Origin: Amoebidium appalachense
Lineage: Eukaryota > Protista > Ichthyosporea
DNA: 64,000 bases
Assembly (NCBI GenBank): GCA_963693365.1
Contig: CAVNZM010000012.1
Location: forward strand, 5,530,889 to 5,594,888
Direction of reading: 5' to 3'
The notes below the pieces were generated by a model. The model saw only the letters and a list, made by a program, of their open reading frames with translations, was not told the DNA's origin and made no database searches. Of this stretch, positions 59,630 through 64,000 are shown one piece after another (position 1 is the first letter of the stretch; each line of letters opens with the position of its first letter). The translations under genes were made by a program, and so were the position numbers.

Positions 59630-62600
59630 TGGGGGTGCAGGGTAGATGACGTATTGGTATGGGTATTGCACCCGCCTGGGTGTGTGTGTGTCTGAGCATG
59701 TGGAGGTCATGTCTGCCAGCCAGAATAGAAATAATTGACTATTTACTTGCGTGAGAGTGTGCCAGAGCATTGTGTGTGTTGTGCGTGTGCACATGTTGGT
59801 GGGCGTAGCATGAAAGGGAGAAGCCCAGGAAGACAACGATCCAAGATGGGGAGTTGGGAGTGTATGCGGGCACATGTATGTGTGTGATGGGATGACAGGG
59901 CAGAGATATGCTGTGTAATCGACAGTGAGCAGAAAGCACAGCACGGGGGTTGCTATATTGCACATGTGTGAGATCAGAGCACGGTGAGTAGAAGGGGAGA
60001 GGACAGATGCGTTTAACAAGGAGCAGGCAACAGCAGAAATAAACTAAGCCAAAATGAGGTGCAATGGGCGGCTGATGGGTATGGGCCCATGGCCCCAGCA
60101 GGCAGCTACGGCCAGCACCCACCTGCGCCTGGCCGTCTCCGTGGATCTGCATGGGTGCATTGGGTCAGTGTGTGTGCACAGCAGCCATGTGTGTCCGTGT
60201 GTGTGCACTACAGCCCTGCTCTACGTGTGCACCCCCCCCTAACCCTCACCGTTCTCCTTTGCCTGCTGGTCGTTGAGCTCCTTCATCTTCTGCACCATGC
60301 CGTGGTAGTGCAGGCGCTGCAGCTGCAGCCGCACGGTGATGACTGCATGCGTGTAGATGCGGTCCTCGGCCAGCACCCTCAGCTCGGTGTCGGCCAGGAT
60401 CCAGGGGATGCTGCGGGCCACCAGCATGGTGTCCTTCATCTGTTCCTCGGGCAGCCCAAACACGGCCAGGCGCTGGGCATCGTCCATGTCCATCACCTGC
60501 TGGATCGCAAGCACGTTCTTCTGCAGCCCAATGTCAGCACACGGCCACAGTAAAGCCACCAGCCACACCAAAACCTCTCAGCCATCCCCCCTCCGGCCCC
60601 GTCCCCAGCACCCAGCCACACTAAATGCACCCAGCCATACCAATAGCCCCCCCCTCCCCCCCCCAAACAGCAACCAGCCAGCCCCCCAGCCCCAATGCAC
60701 CCAGCCACCCTACATTCACCCAGCCACACCAAAGCCACCCAGCCAACCTACGTGCACCCAGCCACACAACATGCACCCAGCCACACTAAAGCCACCCAGT
60801 CACAATAAACCGCCCAGCCACTATAAAGCCACCCAGCTACACTAAAGCCAACCAGCCACTATAAAGCCACCCAGCACTATAAAGCCACCCAGTCACACTA
60901 AAGCCACCCAGCCACTATAAAGCCACCCAGCCACACTAAAGCCAATCAGCCACTATAAAGCCACCCAGCCACTATAAAGCCACCCAGCCAACCTACGTGC
61001 ACCCAGCCACACAACATGCACCCAGCCACACTAAAGCCACCCAGCCACACTAAAGCCACCCAGACACTATAAAGCCACCCAGCCACTATAAAGCCACCCA
61101 GCCAACCTACCAGCCACACAACATGCACCCAGCCACACCAAAGCCACCCAGTCACACTAAAGCCAACCAGCCACTATAAAGCCACCCAGCTACACTAAAG
61201 CCACCCAGCCACTATAAAGCCACCAAGCCAACCTACGTGCACCCAGCCACACGAAAGACACCCAGTCACACTAAAGCCACCCAGCCACTATAAAGCCACC
61301 CAGCTACACTACATGCACCCAGCCACTATAAAGCCACCCAGCCACACCATATGCACCTGGACAACAAAACCACCCAGCCACCCATGCACCCCCCCCTCCC
61401 CCCCGTACCGGGGCCAGCCTGGTCTGCACCAACTCGTCATCCACATGGGGCAGCTGCAGCACAGGAGCAGCCCTGCGGTCATCCAGCGCCTGTATAATGA
61501 ACTGCAACAAAGTCAGCACGCAATGAACTGCAACAAAGTCAGCACTGGCTAGTGCCATGCAATGAACTGCAACAAAGTCAGCACTGGCTAGTGCCATGCA
61601 ACGAACTGCAACAAAGTCAGCACTGGCCAGTGCCTGCACAATTAACTGCAGCAAGGAGAGCACTGGGTACCTGGTTGAGGTGGATGAGCTGGATGACCAG
61701 GCCCAGCCACAGGCGCATGCCTGCTATGCGCATCATGCCGTTGAGCAGCACCGGCAGCCGGCCCAGCAGCATGGCCTGGTCTGCAACGCGCCGTCAGCCG
61801 TATCCCCCCCCCACACACGCACACAAGTGCACGTACCCAGGCGGTGGGCCTCGCAGGGCAGGTCCAGGCGCATCATGTGGGCCCATAGCAGGGCCTTGGC
61901 CTTGATGCAGTAGTCCGCATTGTACTGCTTGCACACGTCAGCACAACATCCCCCCCACACGTGTACATGCCATGGTCTTGTAAAGGTAAAATGTACCTTG
62001 GTCTGATCCCTCCCCCCTCCCCCCCCCCCCCCCCCCATAAAAAAACAATAAAAAACAGACACTCGCGCGCGCATGCGGACACACACACACGAGTGTTTAC
62101 ATTTCTCTTGAGGTAGCAGTCCCCCCCCCCAAACCCTCCCCCCTCCTCCCTGCCTCACCAACCCACCCACCCACCCCCAGACGCACACAGGCACACACAT
62201 GTAGCTTGTGGTCTGAAAGTACCCTCAACAAATGCACATACACATGTATCTTGGTCGCGTGGAAGAAGCCCCCTCCCCCCCCCCCCCCCCCCACACACAC
62301 CCACACATATACACACGTACACGCATGAGTGCGTTTGTGATGTGAAAGCACCCCCCCCCCCCCCCCCCCCCCCACACACACACAAACGTACCTTTGTCTT
62401 GTGGAAGTACTTGTCCAGCTCTGGGTAGCTGGCCACGATGTGTTTAATCAGCTGCAGCCCACAGTCAGTCCTTTCTCCCCCCCCCCCCCCTTTTTCCTGG
62501 GCCGTACCTGCTGCAGAGGGGCTCCGTCTTCGTCCCTGGCCGGCAGCAGGTCTCTGAGCTCGACCGATGCACACAGAATCTCCACAAGCTCTGCACACAC

Positions 62601-63772
62601 AGTCAGCACCCCCCACCATCCCCCCCCCTCCCCCCTTCCCCGTTGCAGGGCATGTACCGGGCTTGTCAGCTGTGCGTGTCATGGCGCTGTAGTAGAGGCC
62701 CACGGTGTCGCGCAGCAGCTGCTCCCGTGTGTAGCGGGTGGACTGGGACCACCAGTTGGCCTGCACACCCAGTCAGCACCCATGCACCCCCACCCATGCA
62801 CCACCACCCCAGATGCCACGTACCACCACCAGGGGCAGGCCGACCATAAACATGAGGAAGTACACCCCCAGGATCTGAAAAAACAGTCAGCCACCATGCC
62901 TCCCCCTCCCCCCCCCCCCCCCCCTCCTCCTCGTACCGGCCACTTGTAGTCCTTAGACACAATGAAGGACGGCAGTGCAATCCCAAACTCCGTAGCTGTG
63001 CCCCCCAGTCAGCCCCACCCCGGCACACATCCCCCCCCCCCCCCCCCCCCCCGCCTGCTGCCCACCTCTGCGGCCGTCAGGGTGGCCATACTTCTCCCAG
63101 TTCTCACGTATGGCTGGGTCGGTCAGCCTGCACAGTGAAAGTCAGCCTGAGTCCTATTAAGGGCATCTAAGGCGTGTATGCTGGGGGGGGGGGGGGTCTA
63201 TGGAGGGGGAGGCTATGGCTGGTGTGCTCTGACAGCAACCCTGTAATGGGTACACGGAGGAGAGACAGGGAGGGGGGCACGTACGCCTGGTGGGCCTTGA
63301 CGACCTCCATGTACTTGTCGTTGGCCAGCGGGTCGTCGGGGTTCTTGTCGGGGTGCATCTTGCGACTCAGCTGCCGGTATGCTCCCTTGATCTCTTTCTC
63401 GTTGGCACCCTGTTGAACCACTGCCTCAGAACCTGCCCCCTCATCTTCTTCCCCCTCCACGAAAAAAACAGGCAACTGACCTCCTCCAGGCCCAGGATGG
63501 CATATGGGTTGTAGACCTCGGGCACGTCATACTTGATGGTGTAGGCCCGCCAGAGCATCAAAAAGAAAAGCACCCAGGCCGCGGCATAGATGAGGTTGCT
63601 GAAGGCAACGTCAGCACCACCCCACGTGTTCCCCCCTCCCCCCCCCCCCCCCTTCCCCCCTCCCCCCTCCCCCCCCCCCCCCCCCCCCAAAGTGCTGTAC
63701 CTGCGAGTCCATATGCTCTTCTTTTGCGCATACTTGGCCTTCTTCTTCTCCTTGCAAAGCTGCACAAAAGCC
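57965..63772 (-). CDS. SEC63: Translocon component SEC63 (TM-J domain-TM-Sec63/Brl); 5' exon(s) probably beyond the window
   Basis: Motifs in order: YNPYAILGL|..IKGAYRQLSRKMHPDKNP, LTDPAIRENWEKYGHPDG|..FGIALPSFIV, IKAKALLWAHM, VLQLPHV, VYCPYWPE|DREEAWWIFIGD, PGQYRYFLFIISDNY and an acidic tail. Confidence 0.95.
58481..58752. repeat. 24-bp minisatellite x11 filling a SEC63 intron
   Basis: Repeat unit cagcacccaggcaagaccagtgc(c/a). Confidence 0.92.
60605..61385. repeat. Degenerate ~19-bp tandem repeat in a SEC63 intron
   Basis: Units of the form cagccac(ta/ac)taaagccacc. Confidence 0.88.
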
Positions 63773-64000
63773 GTGTCCTGGTGCCGTAACGCCTCATCTG
63801 GACACCCAAACTGGTTGAATACCGAGGGAGACCGCAATCCCCAGCCTGCGACCTACACACACAACGTGCTCAAGTCTTGTGAAATATTGCCCGTTCGCTT
63901 TTTCTCGCACAGGTTTGTCTAAGGCTGTTTGTCTTTGGCTATTAGTCTATGGTGCTTGGCTGTATGTAGTGGACGGCGGAGGTGTGTGCTCGCACAAATG

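Overview
This is eukaryotic, intron-rich genomic DNA, most likely from a unicellular opisthokont/holozoan. That placement is inferred from a Gq-type G-alpha, PAFAH1B2/3, SETD4 and a DCP1 with the C-terminal trimerisation helix. Bases 1-7872 are a decayed Ty1/copia retrotransposon on the minus strand that carries two tandem Gag capsid-like domains and two nested LTR-type insertions. The rest is a gene-dense housekeeping region whose exons I assembled by hand: PAFAH1B2/3 (-), Beclin-1 (-), SETD4 (+), an LRR/BC-box protein (-), a hidden 147-aa RGG protein (-), G-alpha q-like (+), SF3A1 (-), an orphan ORF (+), DCP1 (+), CWC22 (+) and SEC63 (-, running off the window). Most ORF-track entries are artefacts of (CA)n, poly-G/C and minisatellite tracts. 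The main unusual signals are: (1) three 36-57 bp hAT-like micro-transposons, each with a perfect 8-bp target-site duplication; (2) a U12-type donor in SF3A1 intron 1; (3) 3' splice sites with a conserved branch point but a G/GT-rich tract in place of a polypyrimidine tract; (4) a ~160-nt intronic fold-back element in two diverged, sense-oriented copies that keep the same pairing; (5) the double-Gag copia; and (6) four tandem identical acceptors in a SEC63 intron.
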